DNA of 43,291 nt, taken from Bacteroidales bacterium. Its GTDB lineage: Bacteria; Bacteroidota; Bacteroidia; Bacteroidales; CAIWKO01. Where the stretch lies: positions 1 to 43,291 of the forward strand of contig DAONFU010000001.1 in the NCBI GenBank assembly GCA_035403765.1. Reading direction: 5' to 3'. Below the pieces are notes generated by a model. It was not told the origin of the DNA, made no database searches, and worked only from the letters and a program-made list of their open reading frames with translations. The position numbers and the translations under genes were made by a program. This document shows, one piece after another, positions 19,277-28,097 of this stretch. How positions within the stretch are numbered: position 1 is the first letter of the stretch; each line of letters starts with the position of its first letter.

Positions 19277-19285
19277 AAAAAAAAT
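19277..19285. repeat. target-site duplication copy 2 (AAAAAAAAT)
   Basis: Identical to 17835-17843 and immediately outside the IS end. Confidence 0.5.
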
Positions 19286-19318
19286 ATATTTTTACCAAAA
19301 AACCATAAAAAAACACCT

Positions 19319-20380
19319 ATGAATAAATCAGCCCTTCTGTTGGCTTTAGCCTTATGCTGCTGTCTGATACATTCCCAGGCACAAAGCACAAAAAAAATAA
19401 AATTCAGTTTTTCGACCGCCATGATTTTGCGCGTAGTAGATCAATACATTAACGATGGAGAAAAAACTGATAATTCCATCCCTGAAAAAGATAAAACAAT
19501 AACCATAGCCGGCGAATTTAATCCCATAATTTTTAATGGGAATCTGTTTTCAGGTATTGCTTACAGCTATCCTCATTTTGACTATAAAGAGATAATAAAA
19601 ATGAGCGGTGAATTTTCGCCCGATAAAAAGATGATAAAATGGCTGAAAATAAAATACACAAAAACTCATTTTGCCGGCGATCCCGAAATTTCCATGTATT
19701 CCACTGATGAGACCTATTTCGACTTTAAAGTAAAGGATATTCCGCTATCATACGGAAATCAATACAGCATGAGCGGCGACGGTTCTAAGGTGACGATAGA
19801 GAAGTATGAAAAAATGTATTTCGGGCAGAGTCCCCATAATCGCGTGGAGGTTTATGAAGAGTATTTTGTAAGGCAGGTGATCAGGCCTTCTTCGGTGCTT
19901 GGCGCCATCTACCTGAATGACGTTACAACGGTCCCTGAAAATGAATTTTCGGTTCGCATTTCACATATGGATAATAAAGCCAGCGAAGAGGAAAAGATAA
20001 TGGAAAAAGGTATAGCCGCATTATTAATTGCCGAATTAAGCTTGATACCGGGGGTAACTCTTTATGAAGGCATGTACACTGATATGATGCAGACCGAAGG
20101 GGAACTTTCAACCGCAGGACTGATTAGCAAAGAAACAGCTATTGATGCGGATGTACAGAAATTTATGATGGAAATGAAAGTGGACATGGCGGTTTTTGTT
20201 TCGGTGAAAACCGCAGCCGATCAGCCCGACACCTACATTTGCAAAATAACTTACACTGCATCGGAGAAAATGATCACATTTAATCAGACTGTAAAATCCG
20301 GCAGCGATTATAATATTTTTATCGATAGAGTTTTTACCAGTATGGCTCATACCATAAAAAATATGAGGGGAAACAAGTGA
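19319..20380 (+). CDS. hypothetical secreted protein (353 aa from ATG 19319)
   Basis: ATG 19319 gives the signal peptide MNKSALLLALALCCCLIHSQAQ. The track start at 19274 is a GTG lying partly inside the IS terminus. No recognised domain. Confidence 0.65.
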   Translation: MNKSALLLALALCCCLIHSQAQSTKKIKFSFSTAMILRVVDQYINDGEKTDNSIPEKDKTITIAGEFNPIIFNGNLFSGIAYSYPHFDYKEIIKMSGEFSPDKKMIKWLKIKYTKTHFAGDPEISMYSTDETYFDFKVKDIPLSYGNQYSMSGDGSKVTIEKYEKMYFGQSPHNRVEVYEEYFVRQVIRPSSVLGAIYLNDVTTVPENEFSVRISHMDNKASEEEKIMEKGIAALLIAELSLIPGVTLYEGMYTDMMQTEGELSTAGLISKETAIDADVQKFMMEMKVDMAVFVSVKTAADQPDTYICKITYTASEKMITFNQTVKSGSDYNIFIDRVFTSMAHTIKNMRGNK

Positions 20381-20457
20381 GCTGATATCCCAGGTCCTTC
20401 AAACTTTGTTTTTTGTTCATTTCTTGCATATGAGCCAAAAATACCAAATCTTTGAAG

Positions 20458-20531
20458 GTTGAAAGCTGTTTGGCAGTCCACCCGAAGAGGTTCCTATGGG
20501 AGAGGAGTTCGACTTTGATCTGTTATTTTAA
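20458..20531. repeat. imperfect direct repeat, copy A, flanking the TA cassette
   Basis: Shares GTTGAAAGCT (10/10), CCTATGGGAGAGG (13/13) and TTTGATCTGTTATTTTAA (18/18) with 21268-21332. Copy A carries about 10 extra nt. Confidence 0.6.
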
Positions 20532-20560
20532 AATTCGACTCCATTAGCATTAGTTGTTCA

Positions 20561-20862
20561 TTATCTGGCTATATTAAGTTTGTCAGGATTTTGTCTACAA
20601 TCCCAAACTTTAAGAATTACAATTTTGTCTTCCAATATTTCATAAAACAAAACATAATCGTCAACGATTAAACCTCTGATCAAGTCAAGTTTGGTTTTAC
20701 ATCCTATTTCAGGATTTTTTGCGGCAAATTTTAGTTCTGTTTTAAACTTATTGTAAAGTTATCTTGAATATTGTCCGCTTTTATTTCTTTTCGTAAAAAA
20801 TCCAGAATCTCTTTTAATTGAATTTCGGAAACCTCTGTCCAAACTACTTCTCGTTTAGCCAT
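20561..20862 (-). pseudogene. ParE/RelE-family type II toxin, disrupted by frameshifts and an early stop
   Basis: Three frame segments: MAKREVVWTEVSEIQLKEILDFLRKE..., ...LYNKFKTELKFAAKNPEIGCKTKLDQ..., ...GLIVDDYVLFYEILEDKIVILKVWDCRQNPDKL*. The frame-1 stop is at 20731-20733. The span from ATG to the terminal TAA is 302 nt, not a multiple of 3. Confidence 0.65.
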
Positions 20863-21080
20863 TTTTTAACTTTTTTATCCATTTCTGATTGTTGAATTAC
20901 TTTCCCCTTTTTTCCTTCATTACTGGCATAAAGTATTTCTTTCTCCTGATCATCAGTTAACTCAATAAAAACTTCTTTTTTATTGTAGTCTAAAATGGTT
21001 TTAATGGCTTTTAAAAAGTCAATGTCTTCAATTCTTGATATTCTATGAATTAGTTCTTGTCTTAATTGAATGGTATTCAT
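20844..21080 (-). CDS. type II antitoxin (addiction-module component type), intact
   Basis: 78 aa (MNTIQLRQELIHRISRIEDIDFLKAIKTILDY...). Its last 19 nt overlap the toxin ATG, which is classic TA coupling. Confidence 0.7.
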   Translation of the reverse strand: MNTIQLRQELIHRISRIEDIDFLKAIKTILDYNKKEVFIELTDDQEKEILYASNEGKKGKVIQQSEMDKKVKKWLNEK

Positions 21081-21267
21081 ATTTTTATCGTTAAAGTTAT
21101 TTCAAAGTTACAAAATTTTCTTGAATTCAGAAGGATTCTTCAAACGAGGCATAATTTTACCCGGAATCACGGGCATACTTTGTCCGGATTAACCATTTTG
21201 CGAAAGCTCTTCCTGTACCATCACAAATATATTCAATATTATGGAATACACAATCGCCAGCGAACGA

Positions 21268-21332
21268 GTTGAAAGCTTTATGGTAGTCCTGCCCTATGGG
21301 AGAGGTGTCGCAATTTTGATCTGTTATTTTAA
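21268..21332. repeat. imperfect direct repeat, copy B (includes stop and last codons of the SDR gene)
   Basis: See copy A. The SDR gene stop codon lies at 21324-21326 inside the repeat. Confidence 0.6.
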
Positions 21333-22229
21333 TAAATCCTCCAATGCGGTTTTCAGGTCGGGAAACATAAAACGATAACCTGTTTCCATAATCTTTTGTG
21401 ACGACACCCGGCTGCCATGCAAAAGAACATCAGAACGTTGGCCAAACATAATTTTTATTACCGCGGCCGGAATTGACAGAGCCCAAAAAGGTTTTTTTAC
21501 CTTACGTGCCAGCGTGGCCGTAAAATCACGGTTGGAAATATGCATGGGGGCTGCAGCATTGTATGCGCCTCTCATTGACACATCCTCCAATGCCTTGATA
21601 TAGATGGCACACAAATCATCAATGTGTATCCATGGGATAAATTGCGAGCCGCTTCCAATAGCCGACCCGATGCCAAATTTAACCGGCATCAATATTTTTT
21701 CAAGAGCTCCTCCCCGGCTGGTAAGTACAACCCCTGTCCTGATTTTTACGGTTCTTATGCCCAGGCTTTCAAAGCGGTCGGCGGCTTGTTCCCACTGCCG
21801 GCATGTCTCTCCCAGAAAATCCGGGTTCGGAGGATCTGTTTCGGAAAATATTTTTTCTGAACTTATTGTTCCATAATATCCTACAGCTGAGGCCGTGATA
21901 AATGCCCTGAGTTTCAATTTGCCTTCATGTATTTTATCGAAAATCATGTGGCTGGTTTTGATACGGCTGTCGCGGATAATTTTTTTTCTTTTTGCTGTCC
22001 ACCTTTTGTCGCCAATATTTGCCCCTGCAAGGTGAATAATGTATGCGGCATTTTGTACTGCAAATTTTGCCGTTTCATCTTTGTCGAAATCCCATGAATA
22101 CGTGGTTATTCCGGGTATCTCACTCTGCGTTCTGCTGAGCACAACCACCTTATATCCTTGGTCTTGCAGTTTCCGGCAGAGATAAGTACCGACAAGGCCC
22201 GTACCTCCAGTGATAAGTATAGTTTCCAT
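21324..22229 (-). CDS. TIGR01777/YfcH-like epimerase-family SDR (SDR39U1-like)
   Basis: METILITGGTGLVGTYL Rossmann start. Length and C-terminal region fit the YfcH family. The track start at 22301 adds 24 implausible residues. Confidence 0.85.
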   Translation of the reverse strand: METILITGGTGLVGTYLCRKLQDQGYKVVVLSRTQSEIPGITTYSWDFDKDETAKFAVQNAAYIIHLAGANIGDKRWTAKRKKIIRDSRIKTSHMIFDKIHEGKLKLRAFITASAVGYYGTISSEKIFSETDPPNPDFLGETCRQWEQAADRFESLGIRTVKIRTGVVLTSRGGALEKILMPVKFGIGSAIGSGSQFIPWIHIDDLCAIYIKALEDVSMRGAYNAAAPMHISNRDFTATLARKVKKPFWALSIPAAVIKIMFGQRSDVLLHGSRVSSQKIMETGYRFMFPDLKTALEDLLK

Positions 22230-22405
22230 GTTTTTCTTTGCTTCGCTTGAGTTAAAAAGTTTTGCAGAAATACGCATCGGGTTTGCACACATCACATGCA
22301 AAGGATGTTTTCGTTAAAATTGATTTCATTTTTTGGAGTGAACAAAATATTACCTTCCTCTGGAAACAGTTTTTTTGACACCCATCTTTATTTATTGCAG
22401 TTTTT

Positions 22406-25400
22406 CTACTTCCCCGCTGAAGCCAGGCCATTATAGGGCACCACCTCTACCCACTGTCCTTTGGTGCGGGCATAAATGGCATCGTCGTACATGGCAGCAC
22501 AGCTTACTGTGGGCAGATAAAAACGTCCGAGATAGCTGGCGTTTAGCAATACCTTGTATGTTCGCTTTTCGTTTGTCCCCACACTGAAAAATGTGAACAC
22601 ACGGTCATCCCGGAAATCCTGGTAGTCGTATGCCGACATCTGTACCCTCCCATAAGAATCGTCCATGCGGGTGTTGTGTATTTCCCATCCCGACGGGAAG
22701 ATGTGCGACAAAGCCATATTGTAATAATAGCCCATCATACCGGGGTTGGTAACGGTAACCTCGGCCATAAAATCCGTGCCTTGTTCGAGCTTTGAAGGGT
22801 CTATTTTTTCTCCTTCCAGGGATTTGTACAACACCTCAATCTTCAGGTTGTTCTCGCCGGCTTTTTCTTCTCCGGCGGCAGGAATACCAGATAAGATTAC
22901 ACGTGCATACAAAATGCCGGTGCCATTGTTTTTGATTTTCAGTTTGCCTTTTTGTGTTGAATTTTTCAGATTCATATCGATAGTGGCCAGCGACTTGTTG
23001 GATTTTTTGGTTGCCGTTGAGCCATTATTGATAGTATAAGTAAAGTCGATCCCGCTGCCGCTGCTGTTACCCAGGTATTTTGAGATAGCCAGCAGGCAGC
23101 ATGCTGTGGTTTGAGTGCTCATCCATTCGTCTTTGCTAAGCCTCTGCGATAATTGTTTTACGAGGGGCGCCGCTTTGTTGCGCATATCCATCAGCGACAG
23201 CGCTTCGACAATCATGGCACGGTCGCGGTCGTCGGAGCCGTAGGTAAACCACATTTCCTTATATGGCTTAATGATAGTTCCGGCCGTTGCCGCCATGCGC
23301 TTAGCCACCAAGGGCTGTCCGGCCAGCTGGTAGGCTGCCGCCAGCCGCCAGATTGCCTGCACCGAAAGATTTTTTTGTTCTTTCAGCAGGTTCATGGCGC
23401 CAGGTTCAGGAGCACCGGCAAGCGCCAGGGTATAAAGACGGTAGGCTTGCACCATATCCGAATTATAGTAAAACTTGTTGTATTCGGATGTCCAGGTTGT
23501 GGACATACGTTTCTGGTATTTTATCCATTTTTTCAGTACAGAAGTTGAAACGGTATATCCTTTGTCTTTGGCTTCAAGGAGAAACTGTCCTGCATAAGAA
23601 CTGGCCCACTGGTCAGCCTCATAAGCGCCCGGCCAGTAGCCAAAACCTCCTGATGAGGTCTGGAAAGAACTTATCCTGTTGATGCCGGCTTTGATATTGC
23701 GTTCCACGCTTTTTTTCATGTTTTCATCCATATCGATAAGGTCGGATAGATATAACTGAGGGAAAACCGAGGATGTAGTTTGTTCAAGACATCCGTAAGG
23801 ATACTGTAGCAAAAATTTCAGCCGGCGTTCGAGGTTGATAGGCGGAATCGATGATACTTCGATGGTGCCCTTATTGGTCCCGGCTACTCCGACAGGACTG
23901 AAGGGGGTGTTCCACTCCTTTCCCGGTTTCATCACATCCGATATTACCTCGGTAACTTCAGGATTGGGATTGCGGACATCGATTTCTATTTCATACACAG
24001 CCGTTTCTTTTCCGCTTACAGCAAACACTTTTACTTTTCCAATACCTATGGCATCTTTTACTTTTAACTGGAAGTTCACCAGGTCGTCGCCGATCTCGCT
24101 GAAAGTAACATTTTTTGTGCTGTTATCGCTGATGGTAAACATGTCGTTGGTGGTAACCTTTACGCTAACATTTTTTATATGTTTTTCCATTGCAAAAACA
24201 CTTACCGGCAGCGCCACTGTTTCGCCCGGGCCTACCACTCTTGGTAAAGTGGCCAATAACATGAGCGGCTTGCGGACAGCCACTGTTTTTTCGGCATTGC
24301 CATAGGCGCCATCCTGTCCTGCGATTACCATAACCCTTACAGAGCCAATATATTGCGGCATTTTGAAGGTGTAGGTATTGGCAGCACCTTTTTTCAGGGC
24401 AAAAGGCCCGAAAAACTTCACCATAGGTTTAAACCTGTTGGCGCGGTTGGCACCTTTGCCATCACCGCCGTCGTCGCCGCCGCCGATGCTCAGTATTCGT
24501 TCCAGTTGTCCGCCGTAAGCGCCCATCACATAATCATACAAATCCCATGACTTTACGCCCAGGGCTTCGCGTGCATAAAAATAATTCCACGGGTCGGGGG
24601 TTTTGTATTTTGTCAGGTCGAGCAGGCCTTCGTCAACAACGGCTACGGTATATGTCATGGCTTTGCCGTTTTCTTCTTTAATAGTAATGCTGGCATTTTC
24701 TTCCGGCCGTAGCACCTCAACCATCTGTATTACGGGCCGCAGGTGTGTGCCGGGATCTTCGACCAGAATGGGTATCACGCCATAAAGCCTGATGGGCAGG
24801 TCGTTGGCGGTCTGATTGTGTGGTTGAATGAGTGTAACATTAACATAGATGTTGGGCGCCATTTCTTCGGTAACCTTAAATTTAAAAAGTGTCTGCTCCT
24901 TTTCGGTGTCAAGCCAGTACGACTGTATGACTTTGCTTCCGGTTTCGAGGGTTACGAGGGCTCGTGCGCCTTCGCTGGTCGGTATGGTAAGTTTAACTTC
25001 ATCGCCCACCTGGTATTTTTCCTTGTCGGCAGAAAAAATCAGCATGGCGGCGCCTTCTTTACCTTCGCGTGAGCGGCTTGCCCAGTCGGGCCAGTCGAAA
25101 TACACCGTTTTTCCTGTACTGTGACTGCTGGCCATATCGGTAACGCGGATAAAAAACCGGCCCCAGTCGGAATCAGGGATGTTAAGCACAAATGATCCCC
25201 TGCCGCTGTTGGTGGTCACTTCAAGCGTTTTGAAAGGTTCATTATAGGTGCTGCGCATAAAATCGGCCAGGTCGCCGCCGCTGTTGTCCCACCACCAACG
25301 CCAGTTGACCTTATACACATCCACTTTCAGTTTTGCCGAAGGTGCCAGGGAGCCGTTATCGTCCACGTTTACCAGACTGATAGTATAGTTTTTATTGGTC

Positions 25401-28006
25401 TGCAGCATGCCCGAATATTGGGTTCCTTCTGGAACACTGATCCCCACATAGGTTTTGTAAGGATAATACAGCAAGGAAAACTGATCGATGCTAAATTCTC
25501 CTCCCTGCTCGAAGACACGGGTTTCGAAGTTGGCCCTGAGCACTCCCGGTGCGGAGCTGGTGATGGCAATGTCGGGCATGACATCGGCTTTGCCTTCCTC
25601 GTTGAGGGTTCCGGAAAACACTTTGAAGGATTCGGCATAAAAATATTTTGCCGGGTCGTCGAAAACAAAATTTGCATACTTCTTGAATGCCGTGGTGGAT
25701 TTATTCAGCACCACATTTACATCGGCTTTCAGGTTGCGGGCCACAGCTCCGTGCAGCCAGCGGGCTTCCAGCACGCCCTGTGAGCCGGCGGAAATTTTGT
25801 CGGCGCCGAAATCGAGTTTTATCTTCAACCGGTTGGGTTTTATGGTTTCTATTTTCAGTGATTTTGTATAAGCCGAACCTCCCACTGCCACGCTGGCTGT
25901 CCAGTATCCGGTGGGTGCGCCGGCATCGGTGGCGGTGCGAAAATCATAAAAACCGTTGACGGATTTTGTTTTGACGGTTTGCTGCACCTTTTGTCCTCGT
26001 GGATTGGTGAGGGTAAACACCACGGGAACATCCGGTGAAAGTTTGTGGAGTTTATCTTCCAGTATGAAAGTCAAAAAGATGGAATCGCCCGGACGCCAGA
26101 CACCGCGTTCGCCGTATAAAAATCCTTTAATGCCCTTGCGAACCGATTCGCCTCCCACGTCGAACATACTTAATGACAATGCAGATCCTCCGGAAAGTTT
26201 CAGATATGACCGTTGTTTATTTTTGGAAGCAATAATCAGGTAAGGAACTTTTTTCAGTTGCACCAAGGCCTTTCCTTCGCTGTTGGTCTGCACCTTATGT
26301 AGCTCCTGATTCTGGTAGTTCATGATAGTAATGGCTACTTCCGGCATAGGTTTGGCAGTTACCAGGTCCACGGTAAAGATATTGAGTTCGCCCGTAGTGC
26401 CTACTTTGGCAATAATGCCAATATCGGTAGCCAACACGTTGCGGCTTTTGGTCTTGCTGCGGTAGTAGGAATCTTCGCAGGGGTTATCGCGTTCACTCCA
26501 GTCGTAGTAATAGTAATCATACTCATCATAATAGTCGTAGCCATAATAATCGTAGTAATACCATTCTTCGGGTTCTTCATCACCGCTTTCATCCCAGGAT
26601 GATTTCAGGTTTTCGTCATCGTTGTCGTCTGTATTATCACACCCCTGGTAGGTGGAAAATTGTTTTTTGATGCTCAGGGTAACCTGATAGATGGCTCCTG
26701 GTTCAGTTTTGATAAGCTCGGCAAGGTCGAGGTAGTAACGGTTCCAGATACCGTAGTTCAAGATGGCGGCATCGGCCGATTGCAGGGGGATGGTTTTGTT
26801 CAGCACGATTTTGCCTACCCTGCTCAATTCGCGTTGGTCTTCCAGGTTGTTAACCTGCAGAAACTGTGTTACGTTGTTTTCGTAAATTTTAAATATTCTG
26901 ACATCCACGGCATTAAGGTTTACGGCCTCGAAAGGGAAAATTAGTCCGTTGGTGCTTGGCAAAATAGTTCCCTCGCCCAGCAGGCGGATATCGGGTTTAA
27001 CATCGTCGAAAGTAACTGTCTCGACTGATTTTGCGTCCAGTTCTTTATTTTTATAGTTTTTCACGGCCTGGTTTATCGTGAGCTGTTCGCTGCCCTTGAG
27101 TTCCACCGGCGGATACACCCTGATCAGGTTGTCTTCGATAACAAATTTCAGGTCCCTGGCTTTTTCGAGGGTTATGAGGCCGCTCAAATCCTGGTCGGCA
27201 AGCAAGGGATCTGAAAACTGCAGCCGGATGTATTGTTCGGGAGTCTGCACAGTTTCTATGGATAACAGTGTGAACTCGTTTAATGAAGGGATTACCAGCT
27301 CCATAGAGCCCTTGGTTTTAGAGTCAATGGCTTTACCGTTCCAATTGATGGCAACAGCAGTAGCTGAAACACCCCTGCTAACGCTATCAATAGTAAAAGA
27401 GAAGGATTTTTTGTTGCTCCCGGGAAAAACTTTGACATTGAGCTTTCGTCCGCCCTGACTTGCCTCCAGCAATGATTGCACAGCGGCCGGTTCGGCAACA
27501 TCGGCCAAAACCAGCGATCCGGTAACCTTTTCCCATCCTGGATTATTATTATCGTAGGCCTTATGATTATCAACACTGACTTCAAAGGCCTGCCGGGCAG
27601 TATGAAACTGGAAAACAAAAGTTTTCATACTGTCGGGCACATTAATAATTTTATAAAGAAAAAAACTGGCGGTGTAGAGTTTGCCGGGAGTGAGCTTTTT
27701 CTCTGGCCGGAACTCTATTGTACGGGTATCTATCCAGTAAGTTTTTCCGCTAATGCCGGGCGAAAAATCAAACAGTACGTCTCCAACAGGCTGCTCAAAC
27801 ATAGAGGAATCTGCCAGATCAAGATTCAGGCGCACCTTGATGGTGGATTCGGTGGAAACAACTCCAGAAGTAAAAGCTGCAATATATTCTTTAAATGCCG
27901 GATTGATTTTTACCAAGGTCTGCGACCTGGATTTGGCAATAAAAAACACTACAAGTATTATAAAAAGTCCTATTACTGCAAAAAGTAAAATTTTCTTCTT
28001 ATCCAT
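22406..28006 (-). CDS. bacterial alpha-2-macroglobulin family protein with intact thioester motif
   Basis: 1866 aa. N-terminal uncleaved transmembrane anchor MDKKKILLFAVIGLFIILVVFFIA. Thioester motif YPYGCLEQTTS, with CLEQ encoded at 23780-23791. MG-domain-like repeats run throughout. Confidence 0.9.
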   Translation of the reverse strand: MDKKKILLFAVIGLFIILVVFFIAKSRSQTLVKINPAFKEYIAAFTSGVVSTESTIKVRLNLDLADSSMFEQPVGDVLFDFSPGISGKTYWIDTRTIEFRPEKKLTPGKLYTASFFLYKIINVPDSMKTFVFQFHTARQAFEVSVDNHKAYDNNNPGWEKVTGSLVLADVAEPAAVQSLLEASQGGRKLNVKVFPGSNKKSFSFTIDSVSRGVSATAVAINWNGKAIDSKTKGSMELVIPSLNEFTLLSIETVQTPEQYIRLQFSDPLLADQDLSGLITLEKARDLKFVIEDNLIRVYPPVELKGSEQLTINQAVKNYKNKELDAKSVETVTFDDVKPDIRLLGEGTILPSTNGLIFPFEAVNLNAVDVRIFKIYENNVTQFLQVNNLEDQRELSRVGKIVLNKTIPLQSADAAILNYGIWNRYYLDLAELIKTEPGAIYQVTLSIKKQFSTYQGCDNTDDNDDENLKSSWDESGDEEPEEWYYYDYYGYDYYDEYDYYYYDWSERDNPCEDSYYRSKTKSRNVLATDIGIIAKVGTTGELNIFTVDLVTAKPMPEVAITIMNYQNQELHKVQTNSEGKALVQLKKVPYLIIASKNKQRSYLKLSGGSALSLSMFDVGGESVRKGIKGFLYGERGVWRPGDSIFLTFILEDKLHKLSPDVPVVFTLTNPRGQKVQQTVKTKSVNGFYDFRTATDAGAPTGYWTASVAVGGSAYTKSLKIETIKPNRLKIKLDFGADKISAGSQGVLEARWLHGAVARNLKADVNVVLNKSTTAFKKYANFVFDDPAKYFYAESFKVFSGTLNEEGKADVMPDIAITSSAPGVLRANFETRVFEQGGEFSIDQFSLLYYPYKTYVGISVPEGTQYSGMLQTNKNYTISLVNVDDNGSLAPSAKLKVDVYKVNWRWWWDNSGGDLADFMRSTYNEPFKTLEVTTNSGRGSFVLNIPDSDWGRFFIRVTDMASSHSTGKTVYFDWPDWASRSREGKEGAAMLIFSADKEKYQVGDEVKLTIPTSEGARALVTLETGSKVIQSYWLDTEKEQTLFKFKVTEEMAPNIYVNVTLIQPHNQTANDLPIRLYGVIPILVEDPGTHLRPVIQMVEVLRPEENASITIKEENGKAMTYTVAVVDEGLLDLTKYKTPDPWNYFYAREALGVKSWDLYDYVMGAYGGQLERILSIGGGDDGGDGKGANRANRFKPMVKFFGPFALKKGAANTYTFKMPQYIGSVRVMVIAGQDGAYGNAEKTVAVRKPLMLLATLPRVVGPGETVALPVSVFAMEKHIKNVSVKVTTNDMFTISDNSTKNVTFSEIGDDLVNFQLKVKDAIGIGKVKVFAVSGKETAVYEIEIDVRNPNPEVTEVISDVMKPGKEWNTPFSPVGVAGTNKGTIEVSSIPPINLERRLKFLLQYPYGCLEQTTSSVFPQLYLSDLIDMDENMKKSVERNIKAGINRISSFQTSSGGFGYWPGAYEADQWASSYAGQFLLEAKDKGYTVSTSVLKKWIKYQKRMSTTWTSEYNKFYYNSDMVQAYRLYTLALAGAPEPGAMNLLKEQKNLSVQAIWRLAAAYQLAGQPLVAKRMAATAGTIIKPYKEMWFTYGSDDRDRAMIVEALSLMDMRNKAAPLVKQLSQRLSKDEWMSTQTTACCLLAISKYLGNSSGSGIDFTYTINNGSTATKKSNKSLATIDMNLKNSTQKGKLKIKNNGTGILYARVILSGIPAAGEEKAGENNLKIEVLYKSLEGEKIDPSKLEQGTDFMAEVTVTNPGMMGYYYNMALSHIFPSGWEIHNTRMDDSYGRVQMSAYDYQDFRDDRVFTFFSVGTNEKRTYKVLLNASYLGRFYLPTVSCAAMYDDAIYARTKGQWVEVVPYNGLASAGK

Positions 28007-28097
28007 AATTCAATATTTTTTGAGTTGATATTGGTAAAATTAAAAAATATTTGCCGCTTTCATTAAAACAACAAAAATTAATTTTTGCATTGTATTA

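Noticed and set aside
19274-19318. The ORF-track start (GTG at 19274) for the secreted-protein gene.
   Set aside because: The GTG lies partly within the IS terminal repeat (the IS ends at 19276). The added residues (MKKNIFLPKNHKKTP) precede a perfect signal peptide that begins at ATG 19319.
20493-20520. T-loop-like GAGTTCGAC inside direct repeat A, considered as a tRNA 3' fragment (a classic att site).
   Set aside because: No acceptor or anticodon arms can be drawn. The corresponding bases in repeat B (GTGTCGCAA) do not preserve the motif. The repeat instead matches the 3' end of the SDR gene.
21066-21272. Plus-strand 68-aa ORF in the cassette remnant.
   Set aside because: Its translation (…HNFTRNHGHTLSGLTILRKLFLYHHKYIQYYGIHNRQRTS) is low in complexity. 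It has no plausible start context and runs into direct repeat B.
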